From Cenarchaeum sp. (GTDB lineage Archaea; Thermoproteota; Nitrososphaeria; Nitrososphaerales; Nitrosopumilaceae): a stretch of 64,000 nucleotides of DNA. Made by a program: the position numbers and the translations under genes. The stretch is taken from contig OZ242221.1 of the NCBI GenBank assembly GCA_965206845.1, positions 704,001-768,000 on the forward strand. The letters are read 5' to 3'. Shown piece after piece: positions 29,846 to 41,031 of this stretch. How positions within the stretch are numbered: the first letter of the stretch is position 1; each line of letters starts with the position of its first letter. The notes below the pieces were generated by a model. That model saw only the letters and a program-made list of their open reading frames with translations, was not told the DNA's origin and searched no databases.

Positions 29846-30000
29846 GCCTTGCCCGTACGGGTTTGATGCCCAAAAGAGCCACGCCGACAGATCTATCGGA
29901 CCGTACCTTTTGCGTACCGCCGCCGGATCACAGATATGCCGCATCGCCGGAGGTCATGGCGCCGCAGGCAGGGTAATCCGCACCAGCGCCCATGCCGCAC

Positions 30001-30537
30001 CTAGGCCTTCCACCAGTCCAAGGCAATGTAGCCCACCTGGCCCCGGGCCTGCGGAACCGCCAGTATGAAATGCTTTCTCACGGTGGTGGCCAGCCTGCCT
30101 GCCAGCACTACCGCAGTAGAGCTCATCGAGTCCCGCTTGCTGTAGACCTGAACCAGGTACGGCGCGTGGTCGATTCCAGGGCCCTTCTCATACACCGCAA
30201 AATCGCAGCCAAACTTGATTCCCGGATTTACCACGTATCCCAGATCGCGAAAGTTCCTGTACACCTGGTACTTTTTGTCAAAGTCATCGTACTCCTCCCG
30301 GCACACCAGGAGCACCTCGTCCCGTGACATCTTCCTTCGGGATCTGAACACGGATATCTCCGACTCCTCCATCAGGTAGAACCCCTCGATCAGATCCAGA
30401 ATCAGCGGGGCGTCTATCTCGCCGGGCTTTGGCTTGGGAATGCCCAGAGGCTTTCCGTAGTAGCCGGCGCTAAAGAGCCTCTGCGAGTCGGCAATGTTCC
30501 AGACTACAATCCTATTCTCAATTAATTCGCTCTTCAA
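30001..30537 (-). CDS. endA: tRNA-splicing endonuclease
   Basis: YQVY..FRD.GY.V.PGIKFGCDFAVY..GPG..HAPYLV, R...TVRK. Confidence 0.93.
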   Translation of the reverse strand: MKSELIENRIVVWNIADSQRLFSAGYYGKPLGIPKPKPGEIDAPLILDLIEGFYLMEESEISVFRSRRKMSRDEVLLVCREEYDDFDKKYQVYRNFRDLGYVVNPGIKFGCDFAVYEKGPGIDHAPYLVQVYSKRDSMSSTAVVLAGRLATTVRKHFILAVPQARGQVGYIALDWWKA

Positions 30538-30538
30538 T

Positions 30539-31192
30539 CTACAAACTGAGCGCCAGCAGTATAAACGAGTCTGACACCCTCTGGCACTTGTCGGCCATCT
30601 CCTCTATTCCCTCTATGACATCCTTTAGCAGAAGGAGCTCCTTTGTGTCAGAAACCTCGTTTAGAATTCGAAGGGTTGCCTGACGGTACTTTGTGTCTAT
30701 CTCCCGCTCTATTGCCTGCGTCTCCTGTGCCAGATCTATGGAATTTGGGGCGTTGTTGCTCAGGTTTCTGATCACCTCATTCAGCTTGTAGACCTCGTCG
30801 ACCACCAGCTCGATCAGCTTTGTCAAATCCTTGTCGATCTTTGTGTTCTTTAGCGTTATCGGCTTGATGTTTGCCAGCTTGAATGAAATTCCCGTGATGT
30901 ACCCCGCAATCTCGTCCATGGTGTACGCAGTGTTCAGCAGGTTCTCACGATTCATAATGAGGCCGCCCACGTCTGCTACCTCCCTTGTGATCTTTCGGCG
31001 GAGGTTCTCCACCTCGTCCTCGATGGACGATATCTGATCCAGGCTGCTCTTGACTGCTGCCCTGTCCTTTCTGAGCATCGCATTGGGCAAGGTCGCCAGC
31101 TCCCTGGTTGCATTCAGAATTCTGTTAATCTCATCCTGAAGTACAGCAATTGCTTTTCTTTTAGCCTGTACTTCAAGCTCTCCGCTGTACAT
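30539..31192 (-). CDS. DUF47/PhoU-like phosphate transport regulator
   Basis: Helical repeats IEDEVENLRR..RE.L..MDEIA and IEREID..IEEMADKC. Confidence 0.8.
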   Translation of the reverse strand: MYSGELEVQAKRKAIAVLQDEINRILNATRELATLPNAMLRKDRAAVKSSLDQISSIEDEVENLRRKITREVADVGGLIMNRENLLNTAYTMDEIAGYITGISFKLANIKPITLKNTKIDKDLTKLIELVVDEVYKLNEVIRNLSNNAPNSIDLAQETQAIEREIDTKYRQATLRILNEVSDTKELLLLKDVIEGIEEMADKCQRVSDSFILLALSL

Positions 31193-31330
31193 TTACAGAG
31201 TATAATTATTTGGCTGCGTTAATTAAATCCTTTGGGAAAGTATATCTTCTGGACGCTTTGGGCGGCGCATGCAAGATTAACTCCCAGTTATGGAAAACCT
31301 GGGCGCCGGCAGACCACGCCGGTACGCATA

Positions 31331-31822
31331 TCAAATGGAGATTATCTCAAGCACCGAGTCAAGGGCGATGCCAAACTCGTCCACAAATCCGGCAGTCACC
31401 TCCAAGACATAGAGTGCCTCCCCCCGGGGGCCCGTACCGGTGCATGTTGCAGTCTCGAGCGCGGACTTGCACGGGGGGACATCCTTCTCGATGTGCACCA
31501 CGTTACCGTCCGCATCAAACCAGATTATATCCAGCGGAAACTGCATGTTGAGCATCCACATAGAGTAGGCTCCCGGCTCATCAAATACGAAGATCATACC
31601 CTGGTCGTAGGGCATCTGTTCCTGGAACATGAGGCCGCGGACGCGGCGCGGCTGGGTGTCGGCCACCTGCACCTCAAGCGCCCTGCCGTCAAGTATTACC
31701 GTACCGCGGGGGAACTCCACTGACTCCAGCTTGGCATCGTCAGGAATTGAGAGGATGCCGGCAACCCCTATAATCACCGCGGCGATTCCTATTGGGATCA
31801 GGGCCTGTGCTCTTGTTGCCAC
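31331..31822 (-). CDS. DUF192-family protein
   Basis: VQVADT..R..GLMF..GMIFVF..MWM.NM.FPLDI..YVLEV.AG. Confidence 0.9.
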   Translation of the reverse strand: MATRAQALIPIGIAAVIIGVAGILSIPDDAKLESVEFPRGTVILDGRALEVQVADTQPRRVRGLMFQEQMPYDQGMIFVFDEPGAYSMWMLNMQFPLDIIWFDADGNVVHIEKDVPPCKSALETATCTGTGPRGEALYVLEVTAGFVDEFGIALDSVLEIISI

Positions 31823-31898
31823 ATGTAGATGAGAACCTCTCCTGTTAAAATATCCTTATCCCGGCGATAGACAATAAATTATACGAGAGACTCCATGC

Positions 31899-32366
31899 AT
31901 GGTACAGATGAAGAGTCCAGACAGACTGAACTCGATAAAAGAGGCGCACGAGTTTGAGAGGAACAAGTTCAGCCAGAGGGCCGAGGACTATCTGGAGGTA
32001 ATAGCGGAGCTGGTGGAGCAGAGGGGCTATGCGACCACTCTGGACATATCAAGGTACATGAACGTCAGCGCGCCCAGCGTGACCAAGATGCTACGCCGGC
32101 TGGACGAGGCAGGATATCTCGAATACGAAAAGTACCACGGAATAAACCTCACACCAAAGGGCAGCGAGCTGGCAGAGGCCATCAGGCAGAAGCACAGCAT
32201 CCTGCTGGAGTTCTTTGAGATTCTGGGGGTCGGCCACGAGACTGCCAACCTCGACGCAGAGGGCATTGAACACCACCTCAGCCCCAAGACCATCGGGCAG
32301 CTAAGAAAATTCCTCATGTTTTTGAAGTCAAACCAGGCAATAATAGAGATAATCAAGAAGCTCTGA
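31899..32366 (+). CDS. DtxR/MntR-family metal-dependent regulator
   Basis: EDYLE.I, VSAPSVTKML, LTPKG, KH..LE.F, A..IEH. Confidence 0.92.
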   Translation: MVQMKSPDRLNSIKEAHEFERNKFSQRAEDYLEVIAELVEQRGYATTLDISRYMNVSAPSVTKMLRRLDEAGYLEYEKYHGINLTPKGSELAEAIRQKHSILLEFFEILGVGHETANLDAEGIEHHLSPKTIGQLRKFLMFLKSNQAIIEIIKKL

Positions 32367-34143
32367 TCTTGACCCGAACATCGCGGGGATTGACCTTGGC
32401 AAGATCCTGCGCCTCCCGGGAGTGCCTGTGGAGCTTGATGTAGCCGTTCTTGCCCACTTGGTCCGAGAGGATTACCTCATCGCCTGCGAGTATGTCGGCT
32501 TCCATTCCACCGTACTCCCGCCCCACCATGAGGCACAGGGAGCGCTTTGACTCGGATATGCGAAGTGGTATCTCCGACGGCACCGCTGCCTGCTCCCTCT
32601 CCTGTATGTCTATGCGAACCTGGAGCTGCTTCTCCAGCTCGGTTATCTTGGAGCCGCCGCGGCCGATTATAGCAGGTATGCATCTTTTGCCCACCCGGAT
32701 TCGGACGCTGTTGCCTGACAGCACCTCGATCTGGGCATCGGGGTCAAACCGCCGAAATGTCTCGGTAATCTTCTCCTCAACCAGCTTGTGCATGTCGTGG
32801 CCCTGGGTAACCGGTATGACGACATTCTCCTCGCCAAAGGTGTAGATCTCGTACTCCAGTATGCCGTCCTCAAAGTCGCGAATCTCGATTACCGGCCGTG
32901 CCAGATCCTGCTCCACCATTCCAGAGGGAACCTTGATCTTCAGTTCCAGCTGGTACACCTTGTCGATCTGCCCGTACTTGACAAAGACCACGGTATCCAG
33001 GACGCTGGGAATGATGCCTAGCTCTATCTTGCCCATAAAGCGCTGAATCGAGTCCAGCGGGGCGCTGGCGTGCACCACGCCGACCATGCCCACCCCAGTA
33101 AGCCGCAGATCCGAGAATATCGTAAAGTCTTCGCGCCTCCTTATCTCGTCAAATATGGTGTAGTCGGGCCGGACAAGCATCAGTATGTCTGCCGAGTTTT
33201 CAAAGGAGCCGTCCAGCCTAGTGTACTGTGTGACTGCCCGGTCCACCTGCAGATCTCGCGGCGACTCGAAGGTCTTTACTATCTTTCCGGAGGAGTGGTA
33301 AAAGTTTGCAAGGCTCGATGCCAGGGTGCTCTTGCCGGAGCCCGGTGGTCCTGATATCAGCATGCCCTCGGCCTGCACGGTCAGTCTTGTCATGAGCTTC
33401 TCAGATATGCCATAATCCTTTAGGGACATCCGGACTGTGGGATGCACGATAGTAATCTCGTACTTTTCTGAGAAGGGCATCTGGGTGATGGCTATCCGGT
33501 AGTCGCCGTGCTGCACCACTAGCGCCCCGGGCTTGGATATCTCAACGTTCATCCCGGCCCTGGAGGACTCGAGTATCTGGGTGGTAATCTCGTGCAGGTA
33601 GTCCCGTGTAAGGGCCACATCCCCTGCTGGAACGAGCTCAAAGTGTCCCGGCTTGCCCCTCTTTGCCATGGCCGGCAACCCCTCCTTGAGGTGCACGCTC
33701 ATGGTCTGGGCATCAAAGTACTGCAGGAACTCCATCTGCTCATCCCTGGGAGTGGGATGCTGGAGGCTGACGGTGACTCCCTGAACCTCCGCCACCAGGG
33801 ACTGGACGCGGTCCGATGTATACAGTATGGCACTGTTCTGCACCGCAACATCCTTGATTATGGCGTCAATGCGCCCGCGCTCTGAGAGACTGACATCGTC
33901 CGCGCTAGGCCTTGATCCTGCAAATCGAATCTGCAGGTCAAAGCCTGCAGCCATCTCCTTTATCTTCCTGATCTCCTCCAGGCCGATAAAGCCCTCCTCC
34001 TTTTTTTGTGCGGCCTGGGACTGCAGCTCGTCTATGACGGCCTCGGGAATTATAATCTCCGAGCCTTCAAAGCCGCCGGATCTTATCAGCTCGGTAATCC
34101 GTCCGTTGATAACTATGCTTGTATCTACAACTATCTTATCCAA
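32353..34143 (-). CDS. PIN-domain ATPase with KH domain (PINA)
   Basis: VVDTS PIN domain, GPPGSGKST, ESPRDLQV, RPDYTIFDE, IIGRGG KH motif. Confidence 0.92.
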   Translation of the reverse strand: MDKIVVDTSIVINGRITELIRSGGFEGSEIIIPEAVIDELQSQAAQKKEEGFIGLEEIRKIKEMAAGFDLQIRFAGSRPSADDVSLSERGRIDAIIKDVAVQNSAILYTSDRVQSLVAEVQGVTVSLQHPTPRDEQMEFLQYFDAQTMSVHLKEGLPAMAKRGKPGHFELVPAGDVALTRDYLHEITTQILESSRAGMNVEISKPGALVVQHGDYRIAITQMPFSEKYEITIVHPTVRMSLKDYGISEKLMTRLTVQAEGMLISGPPGSGKSTLASSLANFYHSSGKIVKTFESPRDLQVDRAVTQYTRLDGSFENSADILMLVRPDYTIFDEIRRREDFTIFSDLRLTGVGMVGVVHASAPLDSIQRFMGKIELGIIPSVLDTVVFVKYGQIDKVYQLELKIKVPSGMVEQDLARPVIEIRDFEDGILEYEIYTFGEENVVIPVTQGHDMHKLVEEKITETFRRFDPDAQIEVLSGNSVRIRVGKRCIPAIIGRGGSKITELEKQLQVRIDIQEREQAAVPSEIPLRISESKRSLCLMVGREYGGMEADILAGDEVILSDQVGKNGYIKLHRHSREAQDLAKVNPRDVRVKIRAS

Positions 34144-34423
34144 AAACGCTAATCGGTTTTGCTGTTTTTATTGCTCACTTAAGTTTTTAGAATCGAGCTA
34201 CGCCTAACATGGCATCGGTCCACCTGCCGTCCGAGACTGGCGCTATGGCTAGCCCGAAATTAGCGTGCCCGAGTGCAGGGCGTGACTGCATATCCGGCAG
34301 ACCCGCGGCCGCGTCCTGCCGTGATCACGGCAGGGATCGGACTGGCCCGTACCTTGCGCAAGAATGGAAATCTGTGAAACCAAAAAAGTTAGGTTTATTA
34401 CCAGATTACAGGAATTAAGGTAA

Positions 34424-35683
34424 ATGAACATTAGAATACTGTTCACAACATTAATTGCCGGCATGCTTGTTGTAGGCGCCGCTCCTTCAGCCTGGGGCTC
34501 TGCCCAGCTGGACGCGCTGATAAACCCCAACAACAGCGAGTCACCATTTGAGATCAAGTACCAGCGATCGGTCTTCATCGAGTACGAGGACGGCGGTCAG
34601 ATCGCAGATGCCCTGAGAGGCGCCAGTGGCTCGTTTGCGTTCACGCAATCTGACGGCGACCCGGAGGTGGAGAACCTCAAGGGACTGATCAACCAGAACA
34701 TCCGGTCCGCCCAAAGCCCCACCAGCATCAAGGAACTCAATGTCGACTATCTGGTGACCCTCAGCGGCAACCAGGAGCTGACATCCATAGACTACAAGAT
34801 TGTGCTCACCGGCACGTTGCAGGATTACATAATCGTTGAAGGCCAAGGAGCCGGGAGATCCATCATCGATATAGGATGGAGGGATCTCACGGCAGACGGC
34901 CCAGTTAGCATGCAGGGAGGAGAGATCAACCTCCCCATCAGTGCCATAGACCAGCTGGCTCCCGATGTGGCAGCGGTAATCCAGGGCGAGGCCAGGGATC
35001 TTTTGGAGCGGCCGCTCATTGATGCAGCCCAGATCCACAACCAGCCCATTGCAACCTGGCACTTTCTGTTTGATGCCACGGGAATAACCGAGGATGCGCT
35101 CCAGTTCGGCCTGTCAGAGGAGATCGCCGGGTTTGTGGTGTCCAAGTTCACCATGGGAGAGAGCAGCATCAGAGAGGGGATAAAGATAGAGAGGGAGTTT
35201 GAGGCCACATTTACCCATGACAGAGAGTACACCGTCAGAACCCTCGAGTCATCAGACAGTGCCAGCCTGTCCGTAATCGGATTTGCAGTAGGAGACAGTC
35301 TGGATGACACCGAGGTATTAGGGGTAACGCCAGAACCGCCGGAGGGAACCTCGATCAAGCCAACAGGCGACTTTCCCGTATTCATCATATACGGAATGGC
35401 AGGACTGGCAGCAGTGGGCGGCGGGGCGTTCTTCCTGTTCAGCAACAGGGCCCTGAAAAAGGAGGCAAACATGGGACAGCAGGGAATCGATCCGTCCAGA
35501 CTTACAGCGTACCAGACCAGCTCGAGCGCGGGCGGCTATCAGACCAACAGGGCAGAGGCACAGCTCAAAGTCGGCGACGACTACCAGAAGCACCGGAGCG
35601 TGTACGACGAGGCGCAGGACTCGCAAAAGGATGATGACGACACGCCACAGAGTACCAAGGGCGCCATGCCCAAGGGCTGGTAG
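34424..35683 (+). CDS. Secreted, C-terminally membrane-anchored hypothetical protein
   Basis: Signal peptide, acidic body, TM helix (VFIIYGMAGLAAVGGGAFFLF), cytoplasmic tail. Confidence 0.8.
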   Translation: MNIRILFTTLIAGMLVVGAAPSAWGSAQLDALINPNNSESPFEIKYQRSVFIEYEDGGQIADALRGASGSFAFTQSDGDPEVENLKGLINQNIRSAQSPTSIKELNVDYLVTLSGNQELTSIDYKIVLTGTLQDYIIVEGQGAGRSIIDIGWRDLTADGPVSMQGGEINLPISAIDQLAPDVAAVIQGEARDLLERPLIDAAQIHNQPIATWHFLFDATGITEDALQFGLSEEIAGFVVSKFTMGESSIREGIKIEREFEATFTHDREYTVRTLESSDSASLSVIGFAVGDSLDDTEVLGVTPEPPEGTSIKPTGDFPVFIIYGMAGLAAVGGGAFFLFSNRALKKEANMGQQGIDPSRLTAYQTSSSAGGYQTNRAEAQLKVGDDYQKHRSVYDEAQDSQKDDDDTPQSTKGAMPKGW

Positions 35684-35692
35684 CAAGAGTTA

Positions 35693-35979
35693 GTGCGTGC
35701 CAGTAGTAACCCTCCTTCTGTTTTCACGATATTCAGCTTTGCAGTCCACCTGAGCCGGTTACAGGAAACCGTTGGCTCCGTTTGACCTTGCTCCATGTGG
35801 GACAGATCTTTCACTCCATGCTTGGAAACCTCAGGCTTTGGGGCCATCACCGTACGCCAAGCCGGATCTTTTTCTGTTCTGTTGCCTGCCATCTCTGACA
35901 ACCCATCTCCAGGCCACATCTCCTGTATGGAGGGAGGAGTTTCCTCTGCCGTGGCAGCATGTCGCGCTCTGGCTCGCAC
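35693..35979 (-). ncRNA. rnpB: RNase P RNA
   Basis: Minus strand has the conserved GAGGAAACUCCUCC and AACAGAAGGAGGGUUAC (P4 pairing); P1 ends GUGCGAGCCAG/CUGGCACGCAC. Confidence 0.93.
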
Positions 35980-36118
35980 CACACCTGCTATGCATCGCAC
36001 AAATTTGAACATTTCTGTGGTGTGTGAACCAAAAAACCGCCGCAGGGCAGCGTGGCAGGTCGCACAAACCGGCACGGCCTAGAAAGAGATATTATCGTTC
36101 TCTGGATCCTACACTGTA

Positions 36119-37696
36119 TTGTTTTTAGTATTGGCAACGGCAGCCTGTCTTGTTATTCTGGCAGGATATGCATACCAGGGCGCGTCTGCCGAGCCTGTCC
36201 TCCATGACGAGGGCCTGATCCTCGAGAGGTACGTCTCCGGCCTCTGCTGCGGAGTGACCACCATGGAGTTCATAGATCAAGACACCCTGCTGGTTCTGCA
36301 GAAGAACGGCAAGGTCAGGCTGGTTCGCGACGGACTCCTGCAGAGCGAACCGGTTCTTGTGGTTGACACCCAACCCGTCAGGGAAGCAGGCCTGCTCGGG
36401 ATTGCCGCCGTCAACTCCACGGTGTACATTTACTATACAGCGACCATCGGCGAAGATCGACTGTTAAACAGGATTTACAAGTACGCATGGGACGGGGATG
36501 CCCTGATCAACCCGGTCCTGGTCAAGGAGCTTCCCGCGAACCTGTACCACAACGGCGGGGCGATGATAGCAGACCAAGACGGCCAGGTGTACGCCGTCAT
36601 AGGCGACACGGGCAGGTACGGGCCGCTCCAGAACAAAAAGCTGGAGAACCTGTTCCCTCCAGGAATCACCGACTACCTGGACACCGGCGTGGTTCTGCGG
36701 GTCGATCCCGAAGGCCCGTACTGGGCAGTGGGCATCAGGAACAGCTTTGGCCTTGCCATCGATCCGCTTACCGGCAACATGTGGGACACGGAGAACGGCG
36801 ACGATGACTACGATGAGATCAACATGGTGCCAGACGGGTTCAACAGCGGATGGCAGGCCATCATGGGCCCGGCAACACAGGAGGAGCTGGAGCGCCTCAT
36901 CGGGTACGGGGACTACCAGTACCAGGATCCAAAGTTCAGCTGGAAGCGCACGGTTGCTCCCGCCGGCATAGGCTTTGCAAACTTTGAGGAGACAGACGAG
37001 TACGACAGCTCGGTCTTTGTGGGAGACTGCAACAACAGCCGCCTCTACAGGTTTCAGCTGAACCCGGAGCGCGATGGGTTTGTGTTCACCAGTCCCGGCC
37101 TTCAGGATCTTCTGGCAGATGAGGGCGACTCCATGGATGAGATCATAGTCGGCACCGGTCTTGGATGTATTACCGGTATCAGGACTGGGCCTGACGGCTA
37201 TTTGTACCTGGCAAGTCATGTGGAGAATGTGATCTACAGAATTCTGCCCGCAGAGGCGGCGAGATCCCCCGAACCGGCGGATCCGCCAGGCGGCGGGTGC
37301 CTCATCGCCACAGCGGCATATGGCACGGAGCTGGCGCCGCAGGTGCAGCTCCTGCGGGAGACCCGGGACGGACGGCTGCTCTCCACCGCATCCGGGGCGG
37401 CATTTGTCTCTGCATTCAACTCCGCATACTACTCGTTCTCGCCTGCAGTCGCTGACCTTGAGAGGGAGAGCCCGGCCCTCCGCGAGGCGACAAGGCACAT
37501 GATCACCCCGATGCTGTACTCCCTGTCGCTGATGACGCTGGCAGACGAGGGCTCGGAGCTGCAGACTGTGGGGCTGGGCATCTCCGTGATTCTGCTGAAC
37601 CTGGGAATGTACGTGGCAGCCCCCGCGGCGGCGGCATGGCAGATCAGGAGGCGGCTCCTTCGGCCGTCGGCCGCACAGGGCCCGGCCGGCAGATAG
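36119..37696 (+). CDS. PQQ-dependent sugar dehydrogenase (GSDH beta-propeller) with CFI-box-CTERM domain
   Basis: EAGLLG, HNGG, GIRNSFG, ENG..DEIN..G.N.GW; C-terminal GGGCLIATAAYGTELAPQVQ.LRE.RD plus TM. Confidence 0.9.
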   Translation: MFLVLATAACLVILAGYAYQGASAEPVLHDEGLILERYVSGLCCGVTTMEFIDQDTLLVLQKNGKVRLVRDGLLQSEPVLVVDTQPVREAGLLGIAAVNSTVYIYYTATIGEDRLLNRIYKYAWDGDALINPVLVKELPANLYHNGGAMIADQDGQVYAVIGDTGRYGPLQNKKLENLFPPGITDYLDTGVVLRVDPEGPYWAVGIRNSFGLAIDPLTGNMWDTENGDDDYDEINMVPDGFNSGWQAIMGPATQEELERLIGYGDYQYQDPKFSWKRTVAPAGIGFANFEETDEYDSSVFVGDCNNSRLYRFQLNPERDGFVFTSPGLQDLLADEGDSMDEIIVGTGLGCITGIRTGPDGYLYLASHVENVIYRILPAEAARSPEPADPPGGGCLIATAAYGTELAPQVQLLRETRDGRLLSTASGAAFVSAFNSAYYSFSPAVADLERESPALREATRHMITPMLYSLSLMTLADEGSELQTVGLGISVILLNLGMYVAAPAAAAWQIRRRLLRPSAAQGPAGR

Positions 37697-37707
37697 CCGC
37701 CCGTGCC

Positions 37708-38208
37708 TCAGGATGGCTGCCCCATGCCGTGCTCTGCCAGAATACCGGGAATCTGCTCCTGGGACTTCATTGCGGCGTAGTCATCTAGCAGGCTCTGGTT
37801 CAGCTCAAGGAATGTGTGGCCCCACCTGAACTTGTCAAGTATGAGGCGGGGGGTTGCCGCATCACCCAGGATGTAGAGCGCGGCGGCAGCCGCCTCTGCG
37901 GTGCTCAGCTTGCCCCGTTTTGCATAGTTGACGGAGTTTCCTGCGAGAAGGGGCGGGAGCCTGCGCGCAATTCCCCGGAACCTGCCGGAGAACGCCGGAC
38001 CGGCCCTGTTCCAGGAACAGTCCACTGCGGTTATCGAGTTTGCCAGTGCCCTGTCGCCGGGAACCAGAAAACGGTCGGCAAAGGGATCCAGCAGTATCGT
38101 GCTGTCGGCTGTCCTTTTGACCGCCCTGGCCAGATCAAACCTCACCATTCTTGCCGCGGTGCACTTTTTTGGATCATCCTGCCGCAACATCAAAACCCGA
38201 ACATGCAA
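37708..38208 (-). CDS. tsr3: rRNA aminocarboxypropyltransferase Tsr3
   Basis: QDDPKKCTA, DCSW, R.LP.L.A.N.VNY, LSTAEA, F.WG.TF..LN. Confidence 0.92.
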   Translation of the reverse strand: MHVRVLMLRQDDPKKCTAARMVRFDLARAVKRTADSTILLDPFADRFLVPGDRALANSITAVDCSWNRAGPAFSGRFRGIARRLPPLLAGNSVNYAKRGKLSTAEAAAAALYILGDAATPRLILDKFRWGHTFLELNQSLLDDYAAMKSQEQIPGILAEHGMGQPS

Positions 38209-38256
38209 GTACCAACAGGTATACGGGAAGGATATTTGTTTATTCTGTGGCTGTCA

Positions 38257-41031
38257 TCACGGAACCGGCAGATATGTAACGGTGTAGTAGAACCGCGTAG
38301 GCTGGTTGCCGCCGGATACGTTCACGATCCACGTGGAGTCGTCGATTGCGGCAGAGTTCGCAGGCGATATTGTAAACGTCCCTATGCGGATACCAGCCTT
38401 GCCATACTCTACGATGTAATCGGCATCGCCGATCCGGACAGTCGAGCCTGCACCCGTGGTGGGTTTTCGAATCGCGCAGTCATCGCCTGAGCCTATGACG
38501 CACAAACCGCCGGACGACAGCGCCGTGATCCCGGACGGGCCATATCCTGCAGTAACCAGCAGCCCGGTAATCTCATGCGGCGCGTAGCCAATGCCGCCAT
38601 CCATACGCTCCTGTACGCCAATGGCGATCAGGGAATCAGAAATCCTGCTAAACCTTTCCGCTATTGGTGTGGCAGGGACAGGGACGGGCAGATCGTCACC
38701 GGGTTCAGGGACGGTTTCTGGCGGAATAGCGTCCTGAACCTGTGGGTCGGGCTCCGGAATCGGGATATCGACAGGCCTCGGGACAACCTCAAACAGAGCC
38801 GAGCTGTTGGTGTAGCCTGCATCCACCAGCACCTCGTACCTTCCCAGGGGTTCGGACTCGGAGAGTGCGTACTTGAGACGGAATGCGCCATCAGCGCCGG
38901 CAGGTATGCTGACAGAGGCGATCTGGGATCCGCATATCGATGGGCCACATACCGCATCTGCCCCAGACTCGTAGATTACAGAGACATCAAAGAACTCGAC
39001 ATATGCAAGGCCCGCAAGGCTGGCAGATACCGGCACGACATCCCCGGGATGGTATAGATCCCCGTCAAGGCTTACCAGCAGCTCCGATCCCCCGTCCCCA
39101 GGCAGGTCCGCTATCGAGAACCTGGTCTCCGCAGCGTGTTCCCCATAGCTTGCCCGGATCGTGTATGTTCCCTCAGGGATTATGTTGGTTGGCAGTGGAA
39201 ACTCGGCCTCGTAGTATCCATCATCAAGAAATACAAACGAGACAAATGGGTCGATGCCTGAACCAAAGTCGACGGCCACGCGCACCCGCTCCGGCACTCC
39301 GGAGACCATTCTATTGCTGTCCTGTGCGGTTCCCTCGACTACGAGCACGCCGCCGGACTTGTAGATGGATTCCCGGGAGCCAACGGTCAGTGGTGGAACG
39401 GGGCCGCCGTCGGGATTCTCAGATACCTCGAAGACCGCCGCTTTGTGAGTCTCCTGGATCCGCATTACCAGCATGTACTCCCCGTAGACAGCATCGTTTG
39501 CCGCCGGCGTGCCCCAAGTGGCAGCAAACTCGGCGCCTTCCACGGCAGACCTAAAGTAGAACACGTCGCCGTCAGGTGCGGTCACCGTGTAGTGAACTGC
39601 CTGTCCGTCAGACGAGTCATGGATGCCGGCTATCACGACCTGATCTCCGGGCCCGTACACCCGCCTGTCAAGATGGGCATGGATTTCGGGTTCGCCGGAG
39701 TCGCCTGCCACGACAAGAAAGCGATCCGAGGCCAGCAGGCCGCCGTGGTATGAGGCCCTCAGCCAGTACTCGCCGGGGAAGATCTTCGGATCCAGGCGGA
39801 GCTCTCCGGCAAAGAGACCGCTGCCGTCCAGGCTGGCATTGGATCCCGCGGGAAGCAGGTTGCGTGTAGGGTCGCTTACACGGTACAGCAGGAGATCTAC
39901 GTGCTCCACGCCTGCGACCGTGTCTGCCACCCGGCCATACGCGAGCACCGTCTGGCCCGCCCGGTAGACGGCTCCGTCAGTAGAGAGCGCCAGTGAGACG
40001 TCCAGGGTGCCCGGAGACACAAGGCCGTCTGTCACGGGAACGACAAGGGTTCCGCTCTCAGCAGACGTAGAGACCTTGACGGTGTATTGGCCCAGCCCCT
40101 TTGGGCCCGGCGGGATGGCAAATTTGTAGTCAAACGAGCCGTCGTCTGCAGCCTGGATCACATCAGACAGATACATCCGCGGGGTTCCGGCGGATCTGTC
40201 TGTTGCAGTATTGACATAGGTAACCTTGACCATGATGGGATCAAAATCGCTGTAGACCACCGAGCCCGTGACATGGACCGTCTGGCCTGGGCTGTACATG
40301 CCTCCGCCGGCAGACAGCGCAATTGTCCGGTCCACCGCATTCCGCAGCTCTACCTGTGTCGAGGCGGCAAGGCCCGTATACGCGGCATCGATCACGTATA
40401 TGCCGGAGATCAGATCTGCCCGGTTTATGTGAAAGGAGGTCGAGGATTGCATGCCCTCAAGCCCGTTTGGATTCGCCTTTGGAATCTGGGTCTCCTCGTA
40501 TACCAGGCTGCCCAGGGGATCTCTGATTGTAATGCGCAGGGTTTCGCCGGAGATCAGCTGATCTGCACTCACCTGTATATTCACGCGTTGATTCGGCACG
40601 TATGCCAGCCTGTCGGCAGATACGGTAAGCGGAACCCTTTGCTCTGGTTCGATGGGATCCACCACCACCAGACCCAGCTCCTGGGTTGCACCGCCATAGG
40701 ATGCCGTCACGGTGTAGTTACCCGCATCTGCTCTGGCAGGATGCAGCGATACGCTGGTCTCAAAACCCAGCAAGTGGTCAGGAAGTATGGAGATGGCTTC
40801 AAGGTAGTCAGGACCGCGAACCGTCACATCGACAAACTCCACCTGGTTTGCCAGACTCACCACCCTGGAGACGCTGCCAGATATCATGACGCTCTCCCCC
40901 AGGACATATCTGTCACTGTCCGTCTCCAGCGTAATTGTGACGGGAGCCGTATCCTGTTGCGCATGTGACGGGACGGTTCCCACTACGGCCAGTAACAGAA
41001 CCAGCACGACTGTCGGTATTGCGAGCTTCAT
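38257..41031 (-). CDS. Large secreted surface protein with Ig-like repeats
   Basis: Signal peptide; about 6-7 repeats of 'D...Y.pG..V.i.G....G.Y.v.A.Y'; Pro-rich linker. Confidence 0.85.
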   Translation of the reverse strand: MKLAIPTVVLVLLLAVVGTVPSHAQQDTAPVTITLETDSDRYVLGESVMISGSVSRVVSLANQVEFVDVTVRGPDYLEAISILPDHLLGFETSVSLHPARADAGNYTVTASYGGATQELGLVVVDPIEPEQRVPLTVSADRLAYVPNQRVNIQVSADQLISGETLRITIRDPLGSLVYEETQIPKANPNGLEGMQSSTSFHINRADLISGIYVIDAAYTGLAASTQVELRNAVDRTIALSAGGGMYSPGQTVHVTGSVVYSDFDPIMVKVTYVNTATDRSAGTPRMYLSDVIQAADDGSFDYKFAIPPGPKGLGQYTVKVSTSAESGTLVVPVTDGLVSPGTLDVSLALSTDGAVYRAGQTVLAYGRVADTVAGVEHVDLLLYRVSDPTRNLLPAGSNASLDGSGLFAGELRLDPKIFPGEYWLRASYHGGLLASDRFLVVAGDSGEPEIHAHLDRRVYGPGDQVVIAGIHDSSDGQAVHYTVTAPDGDVFYFRSAVEGAEFAATWGTPAANDAVYGEYMLVMRIQETHKAAVFEVSENPDGGPVPPLTVGSRESIYKSGGVLVVEGTAQDSNRMVSGVPERVRVAVDFGSGIDPFVSFVFLDDGYYEAEFPLPTNIIPEGTYTIRASYGEHAAETRFSIADLPGDGGSELLVSLDGDLYHPGDVVPVSASLAGLAYVEFFDVSVIYESGADAVCGPSICGSQIASVSIPAGADGAFRLKYALSESEPLGRYEVLVDAGYTNSSALFEVVPRPVDIPIPEPDPQVQDAIPPETVPEPGDDLPVPVPATPIAERFSRISDSLIAIGVQERMDGGIGYAPHEITGLLVTAGYGPSGITALSSGGLCVIGSGDDCAIRKPTTGAGSTVRIGDADYIVEYGKAGIRIGTFTISPANSAAIDDSTWIVNVSGGNQPTRFYYTVTYLPVP